Below are positions 23,894-35,328 of a stretch of 64,000 nt of DNA, one piece after another. This stretch comes from Perkinsus chesapeaki ATCC PRA-425 (taxonomy: Eukaryota; Protista; Perkinsozoa), in assembly GCA_013115145.1 (NCBI GenBank), contig JAAPAO010000020.1, forward strand, positions 68,811-132,810, written 5' to 3'. A program made the translations under genes and the position numbers. The notes beneath the pieces were generated by a model. It was given only the letters and a program-made list of their open reading frames with translations. It ran no database searches and was not told the DNA's origin. How positions within the stretch are numbered: position 1 is the first letter of the stretch; the number at the start of each line of letters is the position of its first letter.

Positions 23894-26424
23894 ATGCCTG
23901 GTCGTCTGCCAGCTCCTCAGCGATTGTCTCGGACAGGAGCCTCCTCATCGATCATGTTTGGGAAGCTGAGGAGGCCGCCCATCCCCGAGCCTTTGGGGAA
24001 CTCTACCGGCGTTCGATTGAGAGGTGATTCTCACAATAGTGGCAAAATAGGGTTTCCATACGGAAATTTCCTTAGTTCATTGGAAATGAAAGCTGCTTTT
24101 GAATGCCGAGGACATGGCTTCAACTTGCCCGCAGGATGGTGTAGTGCATTTTCTGCTGCTTGCAGTTCCTCCGACGCAATACGCCAACGATGTTGGTCGG
24201 TTCACTAGAACAGACAGTCGTGACCACTACCAGGATATCGGTCTGGTGAGGAGCTATGTCAGGGTGGATACCTTATCGAAGTGATGTTAGATGAACACGT
24301 TGCAGCTGGAAACATTCATTGGGGACCTCGGCCATCGACAGAAGAGGGAGAAAGATGGTATGAAAGTATTTAAGGAATGGAGTCGAGTATTGGCGAGGAT
24401 GAAGGAGCTTGGTAGGAGGCAAGATGTTACCGAGGCTCTCAGAAGGTTGAGGGTGATCAGGCCCGGCTGTCTCGGCGGTGTCTACGGTAAGGTTGGTGAA
24501 GCATCTGTCGGTGGGTTCAAGAGACCTGCCGCCAGTAGAGGAACTTATACAAGCTTTGGAAGCTTGTCTGTTATGTCAAGATCATTTGGAGTATTCACAA
24601 CAATGGTTTAGTCTTGGAACTGTCAGTCGGTAATAGGGATATATAACGGGGATAATACTTAGAGCTCTGGGGTACTGTTGTTGGGCATTAGCTCGCAAAA
24701 TGACGAAAATGAACTCAACGACGTCGGCAACCCTCCAATCTGGCCGGTTAACTGTAAGCTATAAATTTGCTGGTTCCCGACGACTCACCGTGATCGAGAA
24801 CCCCGAGCTCGCAGATCGGTTGTTTGGGGATTAGTGGCTTACCTTGGAGCGTTCGGGCGGGGAGTTGTGAGTGTTTGTGGGTTTAATAGGTTCAGTTTGC
24901 ATTTGGCGAAGTTGTGCTCTTCCTCCTCTTCCTACAGTAAGGATGACAGAAAGCGCCTATTGAGGTGTAGTACAGTGGATAGGGTAAGTTACCCTTCCAG
25001 TTAGCTGTTAAGTTGTAAAGTGTGCATTCAGATAGGTCACATTATAGAGGTGAAAATTCGAGAGCACATGTCGACTGCCAGGGGGGATAAGGTGGTGTTG
25101 AAGCCCAGGTAGGGCGGCGTGGGAGTGTTGAAGGGGCCCTAGCTTGGTGGTAGGGTGGTATCTAAGCTGTGCTTGGCGATGGCTCTATTGGAGAGGTATA
25201 GCGATATGGAAGCATGGAGGGGGCTTATGCTTGTGATAACGTCGTGTGTGAGGGATATGGACCAGGAGCATGTAAGTGAGGCTCTTAGCGCTCTGCATTA
25301 GTACCATTCTGCGATTCTGAAGCCGTTTGGAGTCAGTTCCTTTGTCGCTCGATGAGAGGGTTCTGGCCTATCGCTGGGCTGGTTATTCAGGTACAGCACT
25401 GCTCGTATGCTATATATAGGCTTTTGTCTCAAATGATTGATGGGAGTAGTGGAGTGGTTGATAAGATGATAGCAGAGGAAGGTGTTGAAGTTAATGCAAA
25501 GCTAGCTAATCAAGCAAGAGCACTGTTGCCAATGGCTAAGCATCCTAGGAATCTAATTAATATATTGGTATCATGTGATAGGATAACAAAGGCAATCGGG
25601 GGGAGAGGGTCGAATGGCTTCTGGCTTCTTTACACCAGTTGTTTTATTTCCGCAAGGTCCTCTGTAGCTTCTCTTGTCGGAAGAGGCTGTTGCGGTCTTA
25701 TTAATAGAAGCTTCAACGTTAATAATACTACTCGTAGCGTCTCCTCCTGTTGGTAGAACTTTGAGCTGCTGGGTGTCTCCATATTATTGTATAGGGGATA
25801 TATAGCAGTCTCCAAGGGTTTATTATTACATCGTATTAGGTAGCGTTCCTGCGGTGGAGTATAGTAGGTCAAACAAGAGATGTGCAGCTACTAGTGGATG
25901 CCTCTCGAAGGATTATTGCAGCGGCCGGAGACGGTAGGTTGGAAGTGTTGGTGGAGCCAGTGGTAGCTGCTGGCAGATTTGGATAGTATCTTTGCCGAAT
26001 GCAGCGCAATGGACATCCTAAGGGTCTCTACGGTGTTACTGCCGCACGAGGAATTAGGGGAGTTGATGAAAAGTTGTAAGTCTTAGCGGAGCGAAGCTGA
26101 CGGATTCAATTTGTTGTAGTGCTGAGGAAGGCATGGCAGCAAGCTGTTGAGAGGGGTCCACGGCCGCCTGACAGTGCAGTGAGGAAGGCCGAGAGTATAT
26201 TAGAAATGAATTGTGGAATAACAATGCATGCAGTTTCGGAGGGTGTAGATGTTTCCTGTTTGGCGAGCTTCGAGTTGACCTGCTGCGGTGTTGGCATTTG
26301 CTCGTCAGTATTGGTTTTATTAATGGATCGCCGAAGGGCAGTGAGGAAGCGAGTGGAGTATCTGTGTAAAGTAATTCGGAGGAGTTCAAAGGATATTAGG
26401 AAGGATAAGAAGGGGGAAGAGTAA
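23894..26424 (+). CDS. Hypothetical multi-exon helical protein
   Basis: Same-strand ORF fragments (23855-24208, 24291-24611, 25352-25756, 26119-26424) separated by GT-AG segments; no family recognised. Confidence 0.5.
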
Positions 26425-26762
26425 TAAGAAGGGATTTCAGGCGAAGCTGTGCTTCTACTTGCTGGGGAGTATGGGGTTTGTCTCACTGTTTTATAGACCG
26501 TATTTGATAGTCAATGCTTGTAACTGTCCGATTTCACTGAGCTTCAGTCCGCGGTCAGCATCTAAGGTGGGTTTATTAAGCTCACAGCCGGTATGGATTG
26601 AAGCGACTTGCCGTGGCTGATGATTTGCACTGCCCGTTTGTTCTTCCTGTACAGTCCCTATGTTGATTATCATTATCTCAGTTTACAACTCATTCCCATA
26701 GATATGCATAATATACCTATTGGAATAGGTATCATTACACCAGGTCTGATCATTAGACTCTA

Positions 26763-28060
26763 ATGCACGTTGAAACGCCATTGGGCGCATTCCGTTTTAC
26801 TATCTATATCACCTTATACTATAGCAGCTAACTGTTGCAAACTGTATAACGGTCTTGTCTTAGTTGTCTCCTTCAGGACCTCCATTACGGCCACTCTGGA
26901 CGTGGAGACCTTCCTAAAAGGCCTTAATGAGTTGGAGCCTTTCTCTGCCACCGAGGTGTAGGTCTGCCTCCTTCCCCTCTCGAGCATTCATGTTGCTAGT
27001 TATTGCTCTGATAGCGGTTGTAAAGTGTACGTCGGTGGCCTCGATGATGCCTGTCAGTTTGAGGATCTCAAGCAGCGCAATGTCGGCACGGTAATCAACT
27101 GTGCAGGAGCTCAGTGTAGCAGAATTGGCGGGGCTCTGTGGCAGTGTGAATGGTTGTAGGTGCTCTGGCTCGCCTTCAAGCGGATGTTATTGGCGGTTCG
27201 AATCCATATAAGGGAATACGCTTTGATGGGGGATGCTATAGGGAGAAGTTGGGCGCTTATGTTGAGTAATTTGGGGAAGGAGTGGTATGAAATAAGACAG
27301 TACGTATTGGTAGGTATTTATCGATCGCAGCAGAGGACGCGACACGCTATCCGATAGATAAGCACTTTAAAGAGGTAAGCAAGGGTCGGAGGGGGATGTA
27401 TGCTAATTGTTGAGCTCAAGTCATTCGGAATTGTAATGCCGCCTTGAAGAGCTTGTTTGAGGGAAATATGGTATAAATAATAATATCACATTCTATCTAG
27501 CATTAATGGCTTATGGTGCATCTAGGTATCGGAATGTCTGGACAAGGTTATGTCGGTTGGTGAGCACTCCGTGCTGATTCACTGTATGCAAGGATATAAT
27601 AGAAGTTGTGCGTTGCTTTGCAGCTGGCTTTGTGGAGGTCTCAATGGTCCAAGGCTGGTAGTAATCTCTGGGCTTAAGTCTGTGAGTCTAAGGACTCGTT
27701 TTAGAGTCTGTGTGAAGCGGTGGAGCTGATAGCGTCGAGAAGAGAGTATGTACTGAGCAATAGAGGCTTTCTGGCCAAGCTGGTCGAAGCCTATTGGCCA
27801 CCGGACGACATTGAGATAAAGAGCAGCATAGGTGAGAAAAATGCCCAAGGTGGGGATCGAACCTGGGACCATGTTTATCAGGCCCTTGCGTTAATCTCTA
27901 TGAACAAATCAGCGAAGCTCCTCTTAATCTAATTGGTGAAGTTAAGGAGTGTGTAGCGGCCGACCCAGCAACCACTGATGGGCCGTCTGTGGGGAAGAAG
28001 GCTCTGTCGAGGTTCGCACAGAGCAGAAGAATGAGAAAACAAATCGAACAAGAAAGTTGA
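26763..28060 (+). CDS. Dual-specificity protein phosphatase
   Basis: KVYVGGLDDA, VINCAG, VLIHCMQGYNRS (CX5R) and VLSNRGFLAKL. The 50-bp intron 27832-27881 restores the frame to a stop at 28060. Start uncertain. Confidence 0.88.
27835..27881 (-). pseudogene. Decayed tRNA 3' half occupying a DUSP intron
   Basis: Minus strand CTGATAAACATGGTCCCAGGTTCGATCCCCACCTTGGGCA then TTTTT. Confidence 0.6.
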
Positions 28061-28243
28061 TGGGCAAACTTCGCAATGGAAACTAAATAAGTTGCAGGGG
28101 TTGTAACTCGGTGATCTGAGGGAAGTGTGGTATGAATTACCGATGTTTAGTGGGAAGTGGACTTGTTGGTGCTACTGTTGTTCTCCTGCATTAAGCTGGT
28201 ACAGCTCTAAAACGTAACGATAATATGTCGGTGTTTTTGTGTT

Positions 28244-28290
28244 TGTAGCTGCCAGGGATCGAACCTGTGACCTTGTTAGATTGTTAAGCT
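28244..28290 (-). pseudogene. Decayed tRNA 3' half, intergenic or 5' UTR
   Basis: Minus strand AACAAGGTCACAGGTTCGATCCCTGGCAGCTACA; the T-stem core CAGG/CCTG pairs. No 5' half. Confidence 0.55.
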
Positions 28291-28899
28291 TGTTATAGTT
28301 GAAGACATGTCCGTTCTGAAAGTTTTTGAGCCAGCTCCTGATGCGACTGGCTTTGACCCCTCCAAGCCCGTTTCACTCCACAATATGATACCGGTAATAA
28401 TAATGAGCATCGGAGAGCGTCCGACCTCTCCTCTGTGCACATTCACGTACCTAGGATAAAATATCGCTCCCAGCCTAGCCCTCAGCGATATCTACCATAC
28501 CGGTGTTTGGACTTATTACTTAGTTTTAAACATTATTATAATGATAATTCTTTACCGTATTGGATATACGGTGGATGAGTGGAATACTGCTATAAATCCT
28601 TGGTACTGACTAGGCGGCTGCTGTTGCTCGCTGCAGCTGTTAAGGGCCTTAACGCAATACCGTAATCCTATCCAGTAGCCTTATCTTAAGGCTCTGTTAA
28701 GTGCTAAAGCGATGATGAATTCACGGTTTTACATTAATGCTCATCGGATGGATAATATATAGTATTGTGATCATAGTCATAGATAAGCCTCCGGCATAAG
28801 TATACGTTCATTTGCCTTTGTCCCAGTATGTTTGAAGTTGCTGCTGCGCTGTTGCTCTCGGTTGTTAGATTGCCCTTGTGATGTAGTATTGGTTTCCAG

Positions 28900-29709
28900 G
28901 CACCCCATGACTCGCCTGCTTTAATTTCAAGACAGCAAAAGTTGTATGACCAAGAGGCTATGGTTTTTATTATCACTAGAAATAAGAATGACAACACTGT
29001 GTGCTACCGGTAGCCGTGGAGGGGCGGGGGGGGGGGAATCTCACCGCAGCGAGGTTTACTTAGAGCGAAGTTTTCGAGTCCTGGAGTGCTGAATAAAGAT
29101 GAGCCGATTGAGGCTTATTGGATGGACTTTGTTAAATACAAGGACCCGGAGATGAATGAACAGAAGTGCCGAAGTGATCTCATCTGGATAGAGAAGAAGA
29201 TGGCCTATGGCATCTCAGCCACACCGACGGACAAGGCGTAAGAGGGAAGGTTGTAGTGGAGGAAGTCAGCTCATTCAGGAACCGATACAAGCTGCATTTA
29301 GTGGCACTTCCCTCGAGGGATGTGTATCTTGTTGTTGATAAGGATGGTCGCCCGAGAGCGGAGACGGAGTATAAGGGAAAAACTGTCTACTTGTTAAGGT
29401 AGAACGATCGACGAGTTGTGGAATTACGTTTGAAAGCCTGAGCCGGGATATGCTGTTATATATCAGTGTAGCTCACTTTACAATTGCGGAAGGGAATAGT
29501 GGTGTGTGTCGATAATGCTGAAGGTGGTTGTCAGGATATATGTGGAAGCTAAGGAGAATATGATAGGAGTGCCGACAGTCAGATGGGTTAATGTTCATTG
29601 TCTCGATCCTGAAACTGGTCGGGAGGTAATAGGGCAAGAGCATCATCCTCTCGGTCTCATGTGGCAAGAGCGTTCCGTAATGTTATTTTCATCGAATCAT
29701 TTTGCTTAG
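28900..29709 (+). CDS. DUF4833-like domain protein; upstream exons from about 28307 unresolved
   Basis: Spliced VFIITRNKNDNTVCYR..PIEAYW..LIWIEKKMAYG..VALPSR..GRPRAE..LLRIYVE...GVPTVRWVNVHCLDPETG follows the DUF4833 motif order as I recall it. 3' end uncertain. Confidence 0.65.
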
Positions 29710-30127
29710 TTCTTCTACATGGCTATTGGTCGTCTTCATCAGTAGGTAGATCTACTAGAGTACGTATTCTCGTTTATCAAGTATTACTTTATATGGTCTT
29801 TGAAGCGGTATTCGATATTCCGGAGGAGTCTGTAATTTGCGAAAAACCTTACGGCTTGAACAGTAGAGCAGCTTAATGCATTTCAGATTGTCGAGAAGAT
29901 AAAGCCTTGAGCGTGTTGTTAGCTCAACGAGGCAGCTAGTTTTATCCATCATATAAGACAGAGGTTTGACTGGACTTCCTTTCTTTTATCCTGTCCTGGG
30001 GTGTTGAGTTGTATTATTAGCTCTTGTTCGATGGTGCTCAGCTTTTGCCCTATTTTTAATGGAGGAGGGTGATTGTATATTTCACAAAGTAAAACCGAGT
30101 AGTAGTATTGTCAACAGCCCATCGGGG

Positions 30128-31431
30128 ATGACCACCCGATCGAGCAGCCCGGCGGTCCCTCGAGGAGGCTACAGAGTGGTGGAGGTGTCCGGCCGGCCCT
30201 TTGCTATTGAGGCGTCATGGCTGAGGCCATATGAGAGCTCTAAGTTGTATGATACTATATTCAACCAGCCAGCTGATGAGAGTGGTGTGGTGGATATAGT
30301 ATCTGATACTGTGCTGTTTGGTATCGTGGTCGATTGGTTACGTACGGGAATGGTACAGGTGCCGCCGGAGATAAGAGAGGAGGATGTTGAGGCTGAATTC
30401 GAGTAGGACGGTTTTAGGGGCTTGCATGGTTTAGTGGTGATGACATTTACTAGGCATTCGGGGGAGTTCGAAATGTATATTTGGTTGTATCGGCTGATTG
30501 CCGAATAGATCACCTTAGCGTTATAAAATCCAATATTTTGCTAGGAGTATGTTAACTGATGTCGTGGTGGTGTTAAGGAGTCGAAACGATGTATTGCTAA
30601 CATACTTTAGTGTGGCTTGCCACCACAGCACCCTGCACTGAGGAACTGAAACATATTACCGTAGGTCTATTTGGCTTTATTAGGCGTATTGTATATGTCG
30701 AGAAAGATGCATGTGCATTACTATCTTAAAAGAATGCCCTGTTTGACTGTCGAGAGAGGGGTTTCAATCAACCTGTATAGTATCTTGCATGTTAGATGGT
30801 TTAGATTCCTTGGGCTGCCTTATCCCCCATCAACTAGCGTATGCCGAGAACCACTCGACTTGGAGACTATGAGATATGCATTGAAGGACATGGTGCAGCG
30901 AGCAACAGATGAAGCTGATGCATACTGCAAGGTGATCCGTGGGAAAGTTGGTATGAAAAGGACAGGAAATGTTTTGTTAGGAAAATAACGAAGTTGACTC
31001 GGAGCTTGTGGTGCTTGTTATTGTGAGGGAAGTGGTCGAGAGAGCTGTCACCACATCCCATTGGGTTGGTATAAGTATGGCAGATCTGCCCAAACGCTTG
31101 TGGGAGGTGAGTCGTTTTAGCCTAATGGCAGAGTGGCTGGTTTTATTGCCGAAGGGCGCGGGTTCGAATCCCATTACTTTCATTTTTTTAGGTTCTCCAT
31201 TCAGTAACCCCCGAGGCCAGTGAGGTTATAGCAGATCGTATAAGTGACACTCTCTCTACCGATTACGGGCTCAAAGTGAAATCTGTGAAGTACTGGGAAG
31301 CCCGGCTAGATGGATCCTCTCGCATGCCTCCTTCCTTGCCAGATTGGATTTCCGTCCGTTCGAGGAGGTTCCAGAGGCCTCCAGCCAATGCGATTGCTGT
31401 GGCTGTGAAGTCGGAGATGATTCTAATGTAA
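30128..31431 (+). CDS. BTB/POZ (KCTD-like) domain protein
   Basis: VVEVSGRPFAIEASWL...DTVLFGIVVDWLRTG..VPPEIREEDVEAEFE. Phase-0 joins AYCK|ENNEVD and LWE|VLHS; stop at 31431. Confidence 0.72.
31126..31189 (+). pseudogene. Decayed tRNA (Leu-like), anticodon arm lost, in BTB gene intron 31107-31191
   Basis: A-box TGGCAGAGTGG, then GCCGAAGGGCGCGGGTTCGAATCCCATTACTTTCA and T7. A- to B-box spacing is too short for a complete long-variable-arm tRNA. Confidence 0.65.
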
Positions 31432-31742
31432 GCTGCTCGGAGAGTGAAATAGCTGATTGGTTGTTATCTAGTGGAACGAGACACCGTCGGCGGACGAGGA
31501 GGAGGCGGTGAGAAGTCGGGACCGGTGTGATAGGAGGTCTATAGAAGCCTATCAACGCGATAGGTTTAATGTTACAGCACCTTTCGAAGAGACTATGGAT
31601 TGGTGCTACGCTTGTTTACATAAATTTTATCCAGCTGTAAGTATTGAACTTTGCTGAGGAGGATAAGCGGCGGTCATCACGGGAATGTATACCGTAATAG
31701 AGCGGACTGCTAACGCCTTTCTTCTTGGTGTATTATTCTCGA

Positions 31743-34700
31743 ATGATTAAATGTTTCCAAAACTCTAGGATTGCCAAGTCGATTAGAAGTTGTTGTAGCG
31801 TCATCGTCCTGCTACAGCCTGCTAGGTGTCCTTCGCTTCTATCCACCAGGCTTCCACTTTGTTACTCTGCTTCTTGCGTGAGTGGTCAATTGGTCGCGGA
31901 GTGGTAGCCGGAGTTTTTGTGATGTTCCGGCATAGTGCCCCACGTCTCGGCCGGGGAGGTATCTTCCATGCCCGGATTCGAACCACAGAGGCGTTCATGC
32001 TGCGAGCTGTGAAATATGAGGCTCGTTTGAAACAGTAAGGAGTGTTGCCGCTCACTCATTCGGCTGGAAGTGGGACCTTGTTGAGGTACGCAATCAACAA
32101 GCACAATAGAAGGTTCAGGAGTTGGGCTCAGCAAAGGGTTCGCCAATACAGGCTGGCCACGGTAATATGGGATGAAGGGGACATCCAGGTTGTAGCTTAC
32201 GTAAGGTAAACACTAAGCCTCGCAGGACCTCGGGGGTGAGGATAGGTTCCTAGTGTGTGGAAAATAAGTTATTAGTTCAAATAGAAACATCAAGTGCATT
32301 CCTTGTGGGACGTTCCAGTCTTCTCTGTGGCTCGCTGGTAGCATATCAGTATAAACATAGGCTAACCAGCTTGGAGTGGAAGTGGGGATCTCGGTGCCCA
32401 GTAGGATGGGCCTTGGTGTCATTTGTAAATTACTGAGCCTGAACAAGTATGTCATTCTCCTAGAGTCATGTTAGGATACACTTGTCTACCATTCCAGCGT
32501 TCGTTTAGGCGGTTACAGTGACCACGGACCCGGGGCTGATGGACGCCCCTTATCTTGCCGCTGCCATACAGAAGGCAGCGTCATTAAGGAAGCATGATGT
32601 GAAGCTTTGGAGGGGCTTCACTGTGAGGTTGATGGAGATATTAGACCAGATACCACCGGAGCATATTGGGTAGGGGTCTGTGAGGTACATGGGTGATGGT
32701 GAGGGGCAGGTACGTCCTGTGGGGCTATGGTAAGGCATTGTATCTGCCACCTAACGCTAAGGAGGTCTATCTTAAGCTGTTTGATAGAGTACGAGAACTT
32801 TTACCACAGTTATCGAGCCATGCTATAATGGCAACACTGTGGGCGATGAAAAGAGTGCAGATTCAACCGGTAGTAGTAGGAGGAGGATGAGGGAGACGGG
32901 GGGGGGGCACGGGCGAAACCACATACTAGTGCCTGGTATCATTGTGTGTGCAAAGTGCATGAATAAATACCAGATAGCTGGAAATAATAAATAGACAAGT
33001 TACTGGATGCAAGCGGCTTCGTGAAAGAATGAGCCTCAGAAAGCGTTTGTAAATTCTGATGGGCGATTCCGATTGGGCTTCACCTTGTGTCAATCTCGCG
33101 TACTCTTGTTTAACCTATACGTGTGGGACCGAGGAAGGGAATTGTATCGGGGTAGGTTGTTATCTATCACTCTCCTCAGCACAAGTCGGACTTGATGGAG
33201 TTTGCCAAGCATGTGATGGAGAGGAGAGATAGCATACGACCGACGGATTTCTGCAAAGTAAAAGGTCGAAGCTCGGGGGCGCGCTGAAGCTCGCATGGCA
33301 ATCTCTCAGATAGCCAATTGCCTTGCCTTTTTTGGCACCGGCAAGCACAACAGTGGGTTCAGGAAACAGTTCTCTGAAGTAGCACAGAGCAAGTACGATG
33401 AGGAGCTCTTCGCCCAGGGTTTCCGGGCAGTAGTGAGTCCTATCGCAATGTAAGCTGTAGCCGAGGGCCACTGTGGGAGAGGTTGGTTAGATACAACCTG
33501 TGGAACGATAGTATGCGAGGATACGTTCTTGAAAGGTAGGAGGCTTATAGGGGTATGGGATCAGTCGGAAGGCAGGTTTAGACGTATACAGCAGACAGCT
33601 CGACCGAATCACCTTCACGCTGCGTATCTATCAGCGGTCATATGTAGAGTACACCACTCTAAGGTAGCAGTGGTAGTATTGGGATGGACTTAGCAGTCTT
33701 GCCAGGTATGGTTTGATCTGTCGGTGCCTTGTCGCCAGTTCTATACTCGCCTTTCGATGAGACACATACCGTAGCGTGCTCCACTATAGGGTTCCGTTTG
33801 TACACAGTGTTTAAGGTACGGTAATATAAAGCCAAGCCCGCTGCATCAGGACGTGTCGAATCACTTGGCTGAGCTGCAAGTGACGCATAGGAACTCATTT
33901 CGATGGGGTAAGTACCACTCCGGTTGCTGCAGCTGGTGGTTGGCTGGAGGTCGGCATTCCAGGGCCCTTCGCGATCGATATAGGCATCGAGTCTAATGAG
34001 GTGCACGGTACGGAAGACTTCGGGGATGACCGTAAAAAATGCATCTTCATCGATGGGCCGTCACAGTTCTACTTTGGAACGAACGAGTAGGAGGGTTGAT
34101 GGTCTGCTGAGTAGCCGACGTGTTGGTAGGTATCTTGAGTCGGTAAAGATGTACCATTCGACATTATCCTCTCTGGGATGGATGGTCTACCGAGTGCATT
34201 GGAGCGAATGGGCTAAGACGTAGTGGCTTGCTTCGCTCCGCTAAGATTAGGATGTTTTAGTTATGACATAGAGGGCGGTGGTAAGGAGGATCGGTTGAAT
34301 ATCCTTAAGAAGATCATCGACTCGGACACGGCCTCCGGTAACATTGATACTGTCATAGATCGAGCCTTCAGCCTTTCCATCTTGTCGAAGAATCTACTTG
34401 GCCATTGCCACAGTTGCTTGGGCACATACGCCGCGCGAGAGCGTGAAGCGTCGTCACATTTCGCCCTTCGTAATGACTACTTGTGAAATTTATTTAGTGT
34501 GATTGTTATAGGCCAGGACCTACGTATCTGTAACCGCTCGCTGTGTGTAGCTGTGTCGGTTGCTATGCAGATGATTGTTTCCTCGCAGACACCCTCCTCG
34601 ATGGAGAGGCCCGAGATATTGACCGACGAGACCTTACGCGGTTTAAGTAGGTATCTTCTGTGTCGCATTTCTGTATCCTCTCAGTGGAACTGCTGTACTA

Positions 34701-34768
34701 CGATCATAACTCAGGTGGTTGAAGGCCCAGATGGCAGAGAAGGCCAGCAAACCTGTCCAAGACATTGA
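31743..34768 (+). CDS. RAP-domain protein with upstream helical (HPR/FAST-like) repeats
   Basis: LHQDVSNHLAELQVTHRNSFRWG|PFAIDIG...IFIDGPSQFYFGTNE...KMYHSTLSSLGWMVYRVHWSEW (about 33850-34220) is a RAP domain. Helical repeats such as LPQLSSHAIMATLWAMKRV. 3' end uncertain. Confidence 0.78.
31959..31988 (-). pseudogene. tRNA T-loop and acceptor-strand fragment (Glu-like) forming a putative 30-bp intron
   Basis: Plus strand gtatcttccatgcccggattcgaaccacag (GT..AG); minus strand GGTTCGAATCCGGGCATGGAA. Confidence 0.45.
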
Positions 34769-35328
34769 CTTTGCGTTGTGATCGCCTTTACAGCATGCAC
34801 TGATGTTGAGTGTCCGTTTCTTAATAGTTTCTGCGTCATAAAAGGCATTGAGGAGGGAAGTTGTTAATGCAAAGCAAAACGTTAATTTAACAGGAAGGTC
34901 CTTCAAGTGCGTTTGCATGTCGTCGTAAAAGCATCACACTTCACCTTGCTCTTTGTTCTCACCCATCTCTTGGATCCTTGTCTATGCGTGCAGAAGCTAT
35001 GGCGCGCGAAAGTAGATTTTATATAGCGGCGGGTCGATTGAGCTTTACGCTGCTGTACTCATCCAACTACACAGGAGATCCATCCTTCAGCATCACTCTT
35101 CCGCTTACCCTCCGCCTTGCTATCTACCTTGTTTTTGCCATTTTCCTCCATTGCGTGGTTTACGCTAGGAAACTGTCTCCTTGCACTCGGTAGCCCCCTC
35201 TGTGGCTGACGGTCCGATTAATGGATGATATCGAGGTATTGTTGTTGACAGGTTTTTGTTTTCCTTTCTTCGTGTTTTGTAACTACCACCCTTCCTTATT
35301 CTTCCATCTGCTGTGCTGTTACAACTGA

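Noticed and set aside
27190-27215. B-box-like GGTTCGAATCC
   Set aside because: Explained by the DUSP coding frame (GGSNPYKG).
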